Shown piece by piece: positions 24,569 through 33,009 of a DNA stretch of 33,009 nt. The notes beneath the pieces are model-generated. The model searched no databases, was not told the origin of the DNA, and worked only from the letters and a program-made list of their open reading frames with translations. Position 1 is the stretch's first letter; the number at the start of each line of letters is the position of its first letter. The translations under genes and the position numbers were made by a program. This DNA is from a virus (lineage: Duplodnaviria > Caudoviricetes), in IMG/VR virus record IMGVR_UViG_3300025390_000026, positions 1 to 33,009 of that record, one strand, 5' to 3'.

Positions 24569-27418
24569 CTAAAATTTTGAGTTGTTATAGGGCAGTTCAT
24601 TTTGTGCGGTCACAACAGCAGCATAGGCCATCTTGCGATTGCTCGCGAAGAACTGGGCCACCGATTGACTATCAATCGCGCTGATGTTATAGACATTATT
24701 GGTTGTATTATTATGTATCGTTTGTTGTCCGCCCAATGCGCTATTTGGTATGATAGTGCCTGCTTGCTTAGGAACGAATAATTCTGGACCATTCTCACCT
24801 ACGAGGCTTGCCTTACCTACGGGAGGATCACCGCCGTCAGCGAAGCCAAAGATGCCGGCGATTGCTCCAAATATTCCACCACCAGCACCCATTAATGCTT
24901 TTACAGCCATCGCTGCTTGTGCCTTCATCTCAATAACAATAAGGTCTTGGATGACTGATGCTGCGAAGCTCTTAAAGTTAAACTTACCAGTTTTAGCAAA
25001 GTTATCAATCGCATTGTTCATGCTGTTAGTTACTGTATTGAATACATTTCCTGCGATTTTAGCAGCATTGGTGCTTTCATCTACGAATGTATTAAAGGCC
25101 TGCTTCCATCCTGTTGACCATTCACGGCTAACTGCGATTTGTTTTTGTGTCGCAGTAATCTGGTCTTGGAATGTAGCGGCTATTCTACTTCTGATTTGGT
25201 CAGCTTCACCTGCAGGAACATCGCCGCCTAACTGAGCCTGACGCTTCTTTAATGCAAGTTCTTGCTCGGCAGAGATTTGCTTATTGATATTTGCTAATGC
25301 TTTCTCGCTCTCAGTCATAGTTAACTCAGCGGTAGCATTATTGATATCTTGGATATTCTTCTGCACTTTTAACTTGGTGTCTAGGAAAACAAGTTCCATT
25401 TCCTGTAGTTGGTTCTGCTTTACCAGTTCAGCAGTTTTTGCTGCCATCAAAGTATTATTATTTTGGAGGGCGGCTTTTTCTTGTTGTAGCGTAGCAATAA
25501 TCTTATTGTATAGAGGAATCTCATCAGAAGCCGCACTTTTTTTCTTGGTCTGGTATGACTCTATTTCTTTGTTGATCTTTGCAATATCAGCGTTATATTT
25601 TACATTAGCATCAAATGCTGCTAATGCCGCTTTTTTACTTTCTTCAGTAGCATGAGCATACTTAATCTCCAAATCAAGCCTATCAGCCGCTGCCTTATTG
25701 GTTGCCAACAGAGCACTATATTGGGCTTTAATATTTACTAACTGATCCTGTAATGCAGTAGAACCAGATGAAACGCCAGCACCTTGACCTTGGGCCACGA
25801 CCGGAGGACCCGAAGGAGCAGGTTTCTTGGGTTCTTCCTTAGGAGGAGGAGGAGCAGGAGGTAACGGAGGCAGATGAAACAGCTCTCGTAGTTTGGCGGC
25901 GGCTTCACTTGTCCACTTATCAAACCAACCAGTAAACTTCTTAAATGCTTCTTCAATACCTTTAAAGATTCCAAGCACAAAGTCACTGAAGCCTTGCCAG
26001 GCCTTTTTTAATCCATCTATTATTTCAGGACCGAAGGCTTTCCAAACTACAACACCTAATGTGGCAACTACTGCTACAGCCGCAGCGACTGCAGCAACGA
26101 TGCCAGCAGACATAAGACTAAAGCCAGCAACAACACCTGCTATCGCTTCACCTATTCCAGTAAGCATAGCAGATAATCTTGCGAAGACTCCCACAGATGC
26201 TGCAGTTGTTACTGCCATACCTTCGGTAGTAGCAGCACCTTCCATTAATATTGCATTCAATGCTTGTTGTGCTGATGCTCTAGCAATAGTCAGTCTTGTT
26301 ACCTGAGCAGTTGTTGCTGCGATTTCTTCTTGTGCTGCTGCATATGCTTGGCTGGTAGTTGTTCCTGCAGCCTCTTCAGCAGCAGCAGCCTGTTCAGCCA
26401 AACTTTTATTGACTAACTGGGTTAATAATCTTCCTACAGCGGCTGAGTTATAAAGGTTGGCAGTGGCCGCACCTAAGGTTGCTGTTGTATAGGCAGTTGT
26501 GGCTGTAGCACCGACGGCTGCTGCTTCTGAAGTTCCTATGAACGCAGCACCTAATGATTTTACTGCATCAATAATACTAACTACACCTTTTAATACTGCA
26601 CCTGCGGTAAGGGCTGTGAATACTCCAACTAGTAGTTCTGCAGCCTTTTTGCTTCCTAGGATACCAGAAACATCATCTCCTCGTAATCCAGTCAACTTTT
26701 CTATTATTTCAATAACCTTAACCTGAAGTTGTCTAATACCTTCTTTTAACTGGTCAGTGAACTCTGCAGCCTTTTCGGTAGCCTCGGCTGATCCGGCCAT
26801 AGTACCGTTTAGTTTTTCATATTGTTTTACATAGTTTTCTAAGTCGGCGCCCTTGAATCCCTTGCCCAATAGTTCTTGCATCACTAATGCTTTTTCAGAC
26901 GGACTCTTCATATCGGCTAATGCTTTAGCAATCTTGTTGAAGGTTTCGGAAGCATCATGCGTCTTTAGGTAATCCATAGAGATGCCTACCCGTGCGAAGG
27001 CAGTGATCATCTGCTGATTGCCGTCAGCGGCTTTACCAGCAGCGATTTCCATCTTGGATAATGCTATACCTAAGTCTTCGCTTTTCTTACCAGCGGCGAC
27101 CATTGCGGTGCTCATTTCCATATAACTTTGGGTGCTTATACCTAACGAACTTGCAGTATTCACTGCTTGGCTGGCGGCTTCGAATGCACCACGGACAAAC
27201 TCAGCAAATCCGATTCCGATCACAACAGCGCCGAACTTCTCAAAGGTTTCGCTGGAAGCCTTTACGGCTTCACCCACAGTTGCAATACTTTCAGACACTT
27301 CTTGCATCTTGAGTTTAATATTACCTGCAACAGTGTTTACTGTTGTTCCTAGTTTATTGAGTTCGGATAGGACTTGTGTGTCGTCCAAACCCATTGTGAT
27401 GCTAATATCTTGAGCCAT
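24569..27418 (-). CDS. Tail tape measure protein
   Basis: 949 aa Ala-rich helical, hydrophobic middle, C-terminal FADGG...VGENGPELFVP motif. Confidence 0.92.
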   Translation of the reverse strand: MAQDISITMGLDDTQVLSELNKLGTTVNTVAGNIKLKMQEVSESIATVGEAVKASSETFEKFGAVVIGIGFAEFVRGAFEAASQAVNTASSLGISTQSYMEMSTAMVAAGKKSEDLGIALSKMEIAAGKAADGNQQMITAFARVGISMDYLKTHDASETFNKIAKALADMKSPSEKALVMQELLGKGFKGADLENYVKQYEKLNGTMAGSAEATEKAAEFTDQLKEGIRQLQVKVIEIIEKLTGLRGDDVSGILGSKKAAELLVGVFTALTAGAVLKGVVSIIDAVKSLGAAFIGTSEAAAVGATATTAYTTATLGAATANLYNSAAVGRLLTQLVNKSLAEQAAAAEEAAGTTTSQAYAAAQEEIAATTAQVTRLTIARASAQQALNAILMEGAATTEGMAVTTAASVGVFARLSAMLTGIGEAIAGVVAGFSLMSAGIVAAVAAAVAVVATLGVVVWKAFGPEIIDGLKKAWQGFSDFVLGIFKGIEEAFKKFTGWFDKWTSEAAAKLRELFHLPPLPPAPPPPKEEPKKPAPSGPPVVAQGQGAGVSSGSTALQDQLVNIKAQYSALLATNKAAADRLDLEIKYAHATEESKKAALAAFDANVKYNADIAKINKEIESYQTKKKSAASDEIPLYNKIIATLQQEKAALQNNNTLMAAKTAELVKQNQLQEMELVFLDTKLKVQKNIQDINNATAELTMTESEKALANINKQISAEQELALKKRQAQLGGDVPAGEADQIRSRIAATFQDQITATQKQIAVSREWSTGWKQAFNTFVDESTNAAKIAGNVFNTVTNSMNNAIDNFAKTGKFNFKSFAASVIQDLIVIEMKAQAAMAVKALMGAGGGIFGAIAGIFGFADGGDPPVGKASLVGENGPELFVPKQAGTIIPNSALGGQQTIHNNTTNNVYNISAIDSQSVAQFFASNRKMAYAAVVTAQNELPYNNSKF

Positions 27419-27795
27419 TATCTTCTCCCAAAGGTATTAATGTATTGTTTCACTAATCGTGCGGCTTCTACTTTAGTAGGCTTAGTCATACCATCAGGAG
27501 CCTGATCGGATCCTCTCATCTGACCATCTCTATTTCCACGACCTGCATCCAGCACACCTGCATAGGGATAATCTGCTTGGATGACCATATTAGAACCTAA
27601 AGTTGTATTGTTTCTGGCATTACCTGATCTTATAGGTGTCTTGGATTTGAAGAAGTTATAAACATTGGGCATAACCACCTGCTTCACTGATTGCAACTTC
27701 TTTAGTTTTTGCTGATAGGCGATATCATTGATCTTAAAGGATATTGGACCTTTAGTGAGTGATACGCTGGGAGTTGAGTTTAATATGCTGGCCAT
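27418..27795 (-). CDS. HK97 gp10-like tail component
   Basis: TPIRSGNAR...YPYAGVLDAG...QAPDGM motif. Confidence 0.6.
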   Translation of the reverse strand: MASILNSTPSVSLTKGPISFKINDIAYQQKLKKLQSVKQVVMPNVYNFFKSKTPIRSGNARNNTTLGSNMVIQADYPYAGVLDAGRGNRDGQMRGSDQAPDGMTKPTKVEAARLVKQYINTFGRR

Positions 27796-27798
27796 CTT

Positions 27799-28092
27799 TT
27801 ACCTCATCCATACTTGTTTCATCAGGCTATAAGCCGCTAACATAACTTTGTTTGGCAACTTATAGCCTGACTTGACCACAGGGAGACCGTCTTTATTTAA
27901 GATGAGTAGTTTAAGGATATCAACTGTTTCTTCATATGTAACTTCATGTTCTTCTATGAAGTTTAAGCCAGCAAGGGCGGCATCGTGATATGCATAGAAC
28001 TCAAGTTCATCGCCATATTCCGCGACGATTTCTTCATCATCAATGATGAATCGTTCCAGTGTCGCAGATTGGACTATTGAGTTCAGTTTCAT
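27799..28092 (-). CDS. Paralogue of tail assembly chaperone
   Basis: Aligns by eye with 28342-28641: MKL, DDEE, EY..LEFY, LIL..G, LP.KV. Confidence 0.7.
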   Translation of the reverse strand: MKLNSIVQSATLERFIIDDEEIVAEYGDELEFYAYHDAALAGLNFIEEHEVTYEETVDILKLLILNKDGLPVVKSGYKLPNKVMLAAYSLMKQVWMR

Positions 28093-28093
28093 A

Positions 28094-28344
28094 TCACTTT
28101 ACCTTATTCATTATTTCCATTAGTTCTTGTTCAGTTAGGTCTGGGGCCGGGGCAACACCATTGTTATTAATCTTTTCCATCTCGTAGTTGTGATAACTCA
28201 TAGCAACATCCATAAGATACAAGTCGTAAGTAGTGGCACGTTCTAATACTTCGCTTGGTAACATCTTATATCGTTTAGCCATTGTCTCAATAGTAAGAAT
28301 TATATACAACTCCTTAGATTGGAGTTTTATAGTGCTGCCTGTTA
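28094..28344 (-). CDS. gpT-like extension of tail assembly chaperone (-1 frameshift product)
   Basis: -1 frame after GGGAAAG reads GKVTGSTIKLQSKELYIILTIETMAKRY... open to 28094. Confidence 0.8.
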
Positions 28345-28641
28345 CTTTCCCAGTAGTTCGCTTACCTTTGTGATTGCCTTCATAAGGACCTTAGGAGGCA
28401 GCATATTCTCCTTGGATAGGATTTCCTTGCCTTCCTCATCAAGGATCAGTGTTCTGACAATCTCAATGATATTGATGTTTGTTGATGCGGGATCAATGCT
28501 CGCCAACTTCATGAATACATCCATTGGTTGACGGTCCCAAGTATAGAACTCTAGAGGCTCATTATATTCTTGGATAGTTTCTTCATCATCAAGTGAGATG
28601 AGAACGAGTACTGGTTTGGCTGATAGTTGTGATAGTTTCAT
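28342..28641 (-). CDS. Tail assembly chaperone (gpG-like)
   Basis: Between tail tube and TMP; ends CTG GGA AAG TAA. Confidence 0.8.
   Translation of the reverse strand: MKLSQLSAKPVLVLISLDDEETIQEYNEPLEFYTWDRQPMDVFMKLASIDPASTNINIIEIVRTLILDEEGKEILSKENMLPPKVLMKAITKVSELLGK
28345..28351 (-). other. -1 programmed frameshift site GGGAAAG
   Basis: Same heptamer as the lambda G/GT site, just before the stop codon, with the -1 frame open. Confidence 0.85.
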
Positions 28642-28669
28642 GTGATTTGTTCCTTGTGATTTGTTTCTA

Positions 28670-28846
28670 TTACTTATCGTTTTCTTCTTCGTCCAGCAGT
28701 TGGTTGAGCAATGCTATACGAAAGCCAGATTTGGCTTGTAGTTGTTTTACTGTGGTGTACAGAGTTTTAAGGATGTCGCTGTTCTTTGCCTCATCGGCAA
28801 GCAGGCTCCTAAGCTTCTCTTCTCTGGTCTTGAACCATACGTTCAC
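28670..28846 (-). CDS. Small hypothetical protein (likely start GTG 28846)
   Basis: GGAG RBS before VNVWFKT; coiled-coil-like. Confidence 0.6.
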   Translation of the reverse strand: MNVWFKTREEKLRSLLADEAKNSDILKTLYTTVKQLQAKSGFRIALLNQLLDEEENDK

Positions 28847-28871
28847 GATTTGTTCTCCATTACGACTTGTT

Positions 28872-28905
28872 AAAAAAGGGGGCACCCGTTTTAGAGATGC
28901 CCCCC
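28872..28905 (-). terminator. Intrinsic terminator after tail tube gene
   Basis: GGGGGCAT/GTGCCCCC stem followed by TTTTTT. Confidence 0.8.
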
Positions 28906-28912
28906 AGCTTGC

Positions 28913-29395
28913 TTAGGCTACGCTTCCTACAGTGTAGGCACCGTCAACAGCGATTTCCATCGGAGTGATCCAGACAGGCTGAGTTGGTGTAGTCTTTGGT
29001 GCGAGGTTAGTGATGAACCCAGTACCAGTGTAGGTGTATGCACCGTTGGCAGTTCCGTTCCAGTAGATTTCAAAGTCAAGCGGTTGCTTGTTTACTGAGA
29101 GCAGAGCGATACCGTCGTATACTGCAGTGTTTGCAGTAGCATTGGCATTACCGAAGTAGGTTACGCTGTCTACGACGATGTTGGTTGCCAACTTGTTGTC
29201 TGCCGGTGTGCTGAGCTTGCGCTGGTCTGTATCACTGAAGTCAGTGTACATATAGACACCAGTAGAGTTGGTGATAGTGATATCTTGGATGTATGGGATA
29301 GTTAGTGTAACGTTTGCGTTGGCAAGGTTAGCACCTGCATACGCAATCTTGATAACGGGCTGTGTACCGTTAGTGTTGGTTGTAATACGTGCCAT
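28913..29395 (-). CDS. Major tail tube protein
   Basis: 160 aa beta-rich, YTYTGTGFITNL..EIAVDG; AAGGAG RBS; followed by terminator and chaperones. Confidence 0.75.
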   Translation of the reverse strand: MARITTNTNGTQPVIKIAYAGANLANANVTLTIPYIQDITITNSTGVYMYTDFSDTDQRKLSTPADNKLATNIVVDSVTYFGNANATANTAVYDGIALLSVNKQPLDFEIYWNGTANGAYTYTGTGFITNLAPKTTPTQPVWITPMEIAVDGAYTVGSVA

Positions 29396-29419
29396 CTTAC
29401 AGTTCTCCTTGTGTGCTGG

Positions 29420-29863
29420 CTATTGAAACTCTAATCTTGTTAACTTAAAAGTCCAGGTGTATCGTTGTCTTTGTGGTCCATAGTTCAGCACTTCTTGGTA
29501 GCTACGGTCAAAGTAGCCATCCATGAACTGCTGATCAGTTCCAGGAATATTCTGTGTGACTAGGCTGCTTATCATATCTCTTACACGATCCAGATAGGGA
29601 TCAGTCTGGAAACTGATGTAAGCGATATAGAACTCATCCACTGCATTATAGATGTTGCCACCTTTGTTTACTGCCAGTTGATTGGGAGTCCTGCTTGTAG
29701 TCACGATGTCGCTAATGTAGATACCAAACCTGACAATATCATCATCGCTGGCCCAGTCAGTATTACTGAATACTGGGACATCCCAGTTCTGAGGTATATA
29801 GAACTTTACCATTCTATATACCCCATCACCAGTGATATAAGGCATATTGCCAGGATTATACAT
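29420..29863 (-). CDS. Putative tail terminator / head-tail joining protein
   Basis: Position just before tail tube; size. Confidence 0.5.
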   Translation of the reverse strand: MYNPGNMPYITGDGVYRMVKFYIPQNWDVPVFSNTDWASDDDIVRFGIYISDIVTTSRTPNQLAVNKGGNIYNAVDEFYIAYISFQTDPYLDRVRDMISSLVTQNIPGTDQQFMDGYFDRSYQEVLNYGPQRQRYTWTFKLTRLEFQ

Positions 29864-30390
29864 TAGAAGAATCTCCTGTCACCATTAAAGTAATCTACGT
29901 CAGCGGTCCAGTTCTCTTCCAGTTTCGTGGTAGGACCGTTTGGTGAGTTGCCATAAAGATTATAGAAGTTCATTAACTCCAATGCTTTAATCCACTCACG
30001 GTCGCACCTATCCTTAGCAAAGTCATAGTTCATCTTATCCACATCGTTCATATTACTGACTTCAGTGACAAGTGATTCATAGAACACTAGAACTGCACCA
30101 AATGTGTCCAGGCGTATTAAGGTCTGGTCACTCTTGATGAGTAGGCTAGGATTGAAACTGGAGATGAGCGCACCATTAGGCAAGTTTGCATAATAGTACG
30201 CTCCTAGAACCGTGTCGCAGTACTTGTTCCACCAGCCAAACTCTAACTTGTAAAGCCATTCCTGTGATCCCACACGAAAGTATGGTTCCCAGTCGGTATT
30301 GAGGGCTTCTGCTCTGCGATACGCTGCTGGATCATAGAACTTTATGTCCTGGACAGTCGCATTAGAGATTCGCTGATATGGTACAGACAT
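29863..30390 (-). CDS. Putative head-tail adaptor
   Basis: Directly after the major capsid gene; helical. Confidence 0.5.
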   Translation of the reverse strand: MSVPYQRISNATVQDIKFYDPAAYRRAEALNTDWEPYFRVGSQEWLYKLEFGWWNKYCDTVLGAYYYANLPNGALISSFNPSLLIKSDQTLIRLDTFGAVLVFYESLVTEVSNMNDVDKMNYDFAKDRCDREWIKALELMNFYNLYGNSPNGPTTKLEENWTADVDYFNGDRRFF

Positions 30391-30413
30391 TGATTATCTC
30401 CTAGATTTTTAGA

Positions 30414-31526
30414 TTAAGCGTCCTGAACGATATTGATGGCACCACCACGACGCTGGTCACCAACGCCGCTACCGAAGTAACCGACACCAGTCAACCAGTT
30501 CTGCAAGCCACCTGGTACTTCACCCAGCTTGATCTGTAGACCTTCCTTCATGACAGTGAACAGAGCACTCTCACCGAAGTATGCGCCTACGAGGCAAGGA
30601 GTAGAAGCAGTACCAGCGATTGTGCGAGTTGTATGCTGAAGGAATGTGGTGAACATTACCATAACCCCATAAACGTTTTCAATCTTGCCGGTCTGTAGCA
30701 ACTCATTACCAAGAGCAGATAGGTTAGAACCACCTGAAGATGGACCAGAGACTGAACCACCAGTTAGTTCTGCGAGAAGGCGAGTCAATGAAGAACCGCT
30801 TCCGCCCACTGCGCCTACAGTTGCTTCAGTTACGATACCGTTGCTGTCAAGAACAACAACTGGGTTACCAGTCATACGAGCGATCTTGAACTGTTGCTTG
30901 GCGAGACGGATCAGGCCGATAACAGTATTCTCAGTGAAGCCACCTGTACCAGCGAGAACGTTGCCGCCTGCTGGGAGGAGTTCAAGAGCACCAAGACGCA
31001 GGACGCGATAGTATCCGTCAGCACTCTGAGGATAGAATGTGTTACCTGGAGTTGGCTTGAAGCCAGTTGTCTGACCTACTGGAGTTGCAGTGCCATCAGT
31101 CTCTGAAGCAGTGCCATTGGCGAATGCTTGGCAGACACGCTGGTCAACCTTTTCAGCGAATGAGTCGCCGAGTTCTGCACCGAGAGTTGCTGCCAACTGG
31201 AAGCTAGTAGTCCAACCCAGGAAGATATCAAAGGCAGTAGTTGCTACTGCAGGTGATGCCAAGATGCTGGTCTGAGACATAGCAGGATTCTGGACAGTCG
31301 CGTTACCAGTATTCCAAGGAGCAACATTAGAGCCCGCTGGATTGAAGTCTTGGTACGTAATGGGTGCGAAATTTGGCACCAAGAACTGATTACCCTGAGT
31401 TGGGGTAACAACGTTAGTCATATTAACTAGACCGAGTGATTCGTGCATTGCACGTAGTGCGAAGTTTGCGATTGCGAATGTGAAACCATAGTTTTCGCCA
31501 TCCGATCCACCGAGTACGTAAGCCAT
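30414..31526 (-). CDS. Major capsid protein
   Basis: 370 aa after scaffold; LGAELGDSFAEKVDQ spine helix, GKIENVYGV, GYFGSGV patterns; AAGGAG RBS. Confidence 0.8.
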   Translation of the reverse strand: MAYVLGGSDGENYGFTFAIANFALRAMHESLGLVNMTNVVTPTQGNQFLVPNFAPITYQDFNPAGSNVAPWNTGNATVQNPAMSQTSILASPAVATTAFDIFLGWTTSFQLAATLGAELGDSFAEKVDQRVCQAFANGTASETDGTATPVGQTTGFKPTPGNTFYPQSADGYYRVLRLGALELLPAGGNVLAGTGGFTENTVIGLIRLAKQQFKIARMTGNPVVVLDSNGIVTEATVGAVGGSGSSLTRLLAELTGGSVSGPSSGGSNLSALGNELLQTGKIENVYGVMVMFTTFLQHTTRTIAGTASTPCLVGAYFGESALFTVMKEGLQIKLGEVPGGLQNWLTGVGYFGSGVGDQRRGGAINIVQDA

Positions 31527-31555
31527 TTGAGATTCTCCTTTTGTTGGCTGTTATT

Positions 31556-32329
31556 TTAGATGATAGTTTTCCCCGGCATTGAGCTTGTGGCTGATACTTG
31601 CATAATCTTTAGACCGACATTCTTACCTAGACCTGATTTTTGCGCCCAAGCATTGAACGCGGCAGGATCCTTAGAATAGTCAGGAATAGAGTCTTGCGGA
31701 GCACCAGCAAAGTTACCTTGACCGGGACGTAGACCAGATCCAGAGGAGAGCGTATTCTGCTTTAGTAGCTTGGGATTACCTGCGGCTACTTCTTGGACTA
31801 ACCCCTGGATGGTAAGTGGATTGCCGTCAATACCGTAACGCTCTTGTCCTTTACCATTGATTATGTTGTAGGTACCATCACTATTCCACTGAATATTGCT
31901 TTTAACCTTACTTAATGCATAATCTAACAGGTCTGGATCAAATCGGTCACCCATAGCACGCTGAATATCACTGTCCAGTTCTCGCTCACGGATCATCTGG
32001 TCTTTGCGAGCCAGGTCCGATTGTAGTTTACTGAACTGCTCATGCAGATCGTTAGTAGTGACGCGACCAGCGCGTTGCTGTTGCGGTTCTTCCACTGGCT
32101 GTGCGGAGCCACCGGTTTGTTGAGATGCAGAAGTCCTTGCCATGAAACTTAACGCTGCTTCTACTGACTCAAAGTTTTGTCCAGATGCCTGCGAAAGTGC
32201 ATTCAGGATTGAGTTAGTGGTGCTCTTACGAATAGCACCTGCATTGACTTGTGTATCTGCTTCAGGCTGTTGGACAGCGCCTGCGGCTGCTTGGTTGTCG
32301 TGACCACCGGTTTGGATTCGTGCATCCAT
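31556..32329 (-). CDS. Capsid scaffolding protein
   Basis: Between portal and capsid; coiled coil then NPKLLK..SSGSG linker and short C-terminal helix. Confidence 0.75.
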   Translation of the reverse strand: MDARIQTGGHDNQAAAGAVQQPEADTQVNAGAIRKSTTNSILNALSQASGQNFESVEAALSFMARTSASQQTGGSAQPVEEPQQQRAGRVTTNDLHEQFSKLQSDLARKDQMIRERELDSDIQRAMGDRFDPDLLDYALSKVKSNIQWNSDGTYNIINGKGQERYGIDGNPLTIQGLVQEVAAGNPKLLKQNTLSSGSGLRPGQGNFAGAPQDSIPDYSKDPAAFNAWAQKSGLGKNVGLKIMQVSATSSMPGKTII

Positions 32330-32403
32330 TTTGTTTGTTCTCCTTGGCTATAACGTTGCCAGCGTATTGTTATTTATGCTCGGGAGAACTAATATAGTAT
32401 TGA

Positions 32404-32829
32404 CTATTTTTTATTCCAAGGAATCCTGTTAGAACAATCGTAAAGTCCATTTACGAATACATTTTTTTTACTATTCTTTTGGCCCAAACTATTAGCAAGC
32501 CTGCGTTCTTCACTATGCTTTACGCCTATTAGTTTTTGTCGCCGACGCTCAATCAAAGCAGGATCTTGTTTTTTACCTTTATGTGCTTCACTGGCGTTCT
32601 GTTCATTACTATTGATATAGACATTACCTACTTCATAGGCACCAGTATCACCGTAACGGCTCATACAATAAGTTCCTGCGCCTCTGCCGCGGAGATGATA
32701 TACTCCTGATTGTTGCCAAATATCCCACCATTCCTCAAAGGTGAGTTTCCATTCTATTTCTCTAATCTTTGCCATTGATCGCTGGCGAGAGAATATTGTT
32801 GAAGGCGGCAATGTTTTAACTAGGCTCAT
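32404..32829 (-). CDS. HNH-like putative homing endonuclease with NUMOD3-like tail (likely start ATG 32829)
   Basis: LTFEEWWDIWQQSG...CMSRYGDTGAYEVGNVYI.....N; GVKHSEERR; the ORF-track TTG start coincides with a -35 box. Confidence 0.75.
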   Translation of the reverse strand: MSLVKTLPPSTIFSRQRSMAKIREIEWKLTFEEWWDIWQQSGVYHLRGRGAGTYCMSRYGDTGAYEVGNVYINSNEQNASEAHKGKKQDPALIERRRQKLIGVKHSEERRLANSLGQKNSKKNVFVNGLYDCSNRIPWNKK

Positions 32830-32836
32830 ACTTTTT

Positions 32837-32865
32837 AATATAAGACCAGTTTTATGAGAAGTCAA
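32837..32865 (-). promoter_or_regulatory. Sigma70-type promoter of the cassette, probably leaderless
   Basis: TTGACT (32865-32860), 17 bp, TATATT (32842-32837), ATG 7 nt later with no RBS. Confidence 0.65.
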
Positions 32866-32868
32866 GTA

Positions 32869-33009
32869 TTATCTTCCGGTGTTGAGCCCCGTTATTTGCA
32901 CGGCTATGGCTTGCGAGGGGTAATATGAAGTTCCCATCGGAGTCGTGGGCGTTCCAGGACCTCCCAGGATACTGGCATTGTCTGCACTACCAAACTCACC
33001 AACACCCTC
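32869..33009 (-). CDS. Portal C-terminus, alternative recoded allele (partial)
   Basis: Translates ...YYPSQAIAVQITGLNTGR* versus ...YYPSQAVAVQITGLNTGR* at 138-194. Confidence 0.9.
   Translation of the reverse strand, partial: EGVGEFGSADNASILGGPGTPTTPMGTSYYPSQAIAVQITGLNTGR

Larger units (their letters stand above)
32391..32908 (-). mobile_element. Homing-endonuclease-like cassette replacing 128-177 of the empty allele
   Basis: Flanked by the exact repeats 1-127 and 178-278; contains promoter, ORF and recoded portal 3' end. Confidence 0.85.

Noticed and set aside
1-33009. Alternative genetic code
   Set aside because: Standard code gives dense, full-length genes, with TAA, TAG and TGA all used as ends

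Overview
The window is an apparently complete, circularly closed ~32-33 kb tailed-phage (siphovirus-like) genome. Most genes lie on the - strand: scaffold, major capsid, head-tail connectors, tail tube, a frameshifted tail chaperone plus a paralogue, tape measure, baseplate/tail tip, repeat-rich fibres, Dps, an early region with an AAA+ ATPase, an Ntn hydrolase, terS, terL and portal. Four things stand out. (1) The two ends carry two alleles of the same portal-scaffold junction: an empty site (128-177) and a site occupied by an HNH-like gene (32391-32908) that brings its own synonymously recoded portal C-terminus. (2) A T4-late-promoter-like (A/C)TAAATA box sits about 20-45 nt upstream of many genes, yet I can recognise no sigma factor, polymerase, helicase, primase, integrase or endolysin; a virophage-like dependence on a T4-like helper is a hypothesis. 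(3) One such box sits at the expected spacing in front of a structured ~137 nt non-coding unit that ends in a terminator (10950-10814). (4) Further unexplained structured elements lie at 7067-7112 and 9930-10153. All functional calls come from motifs and gene order read by eye; no searches were run.
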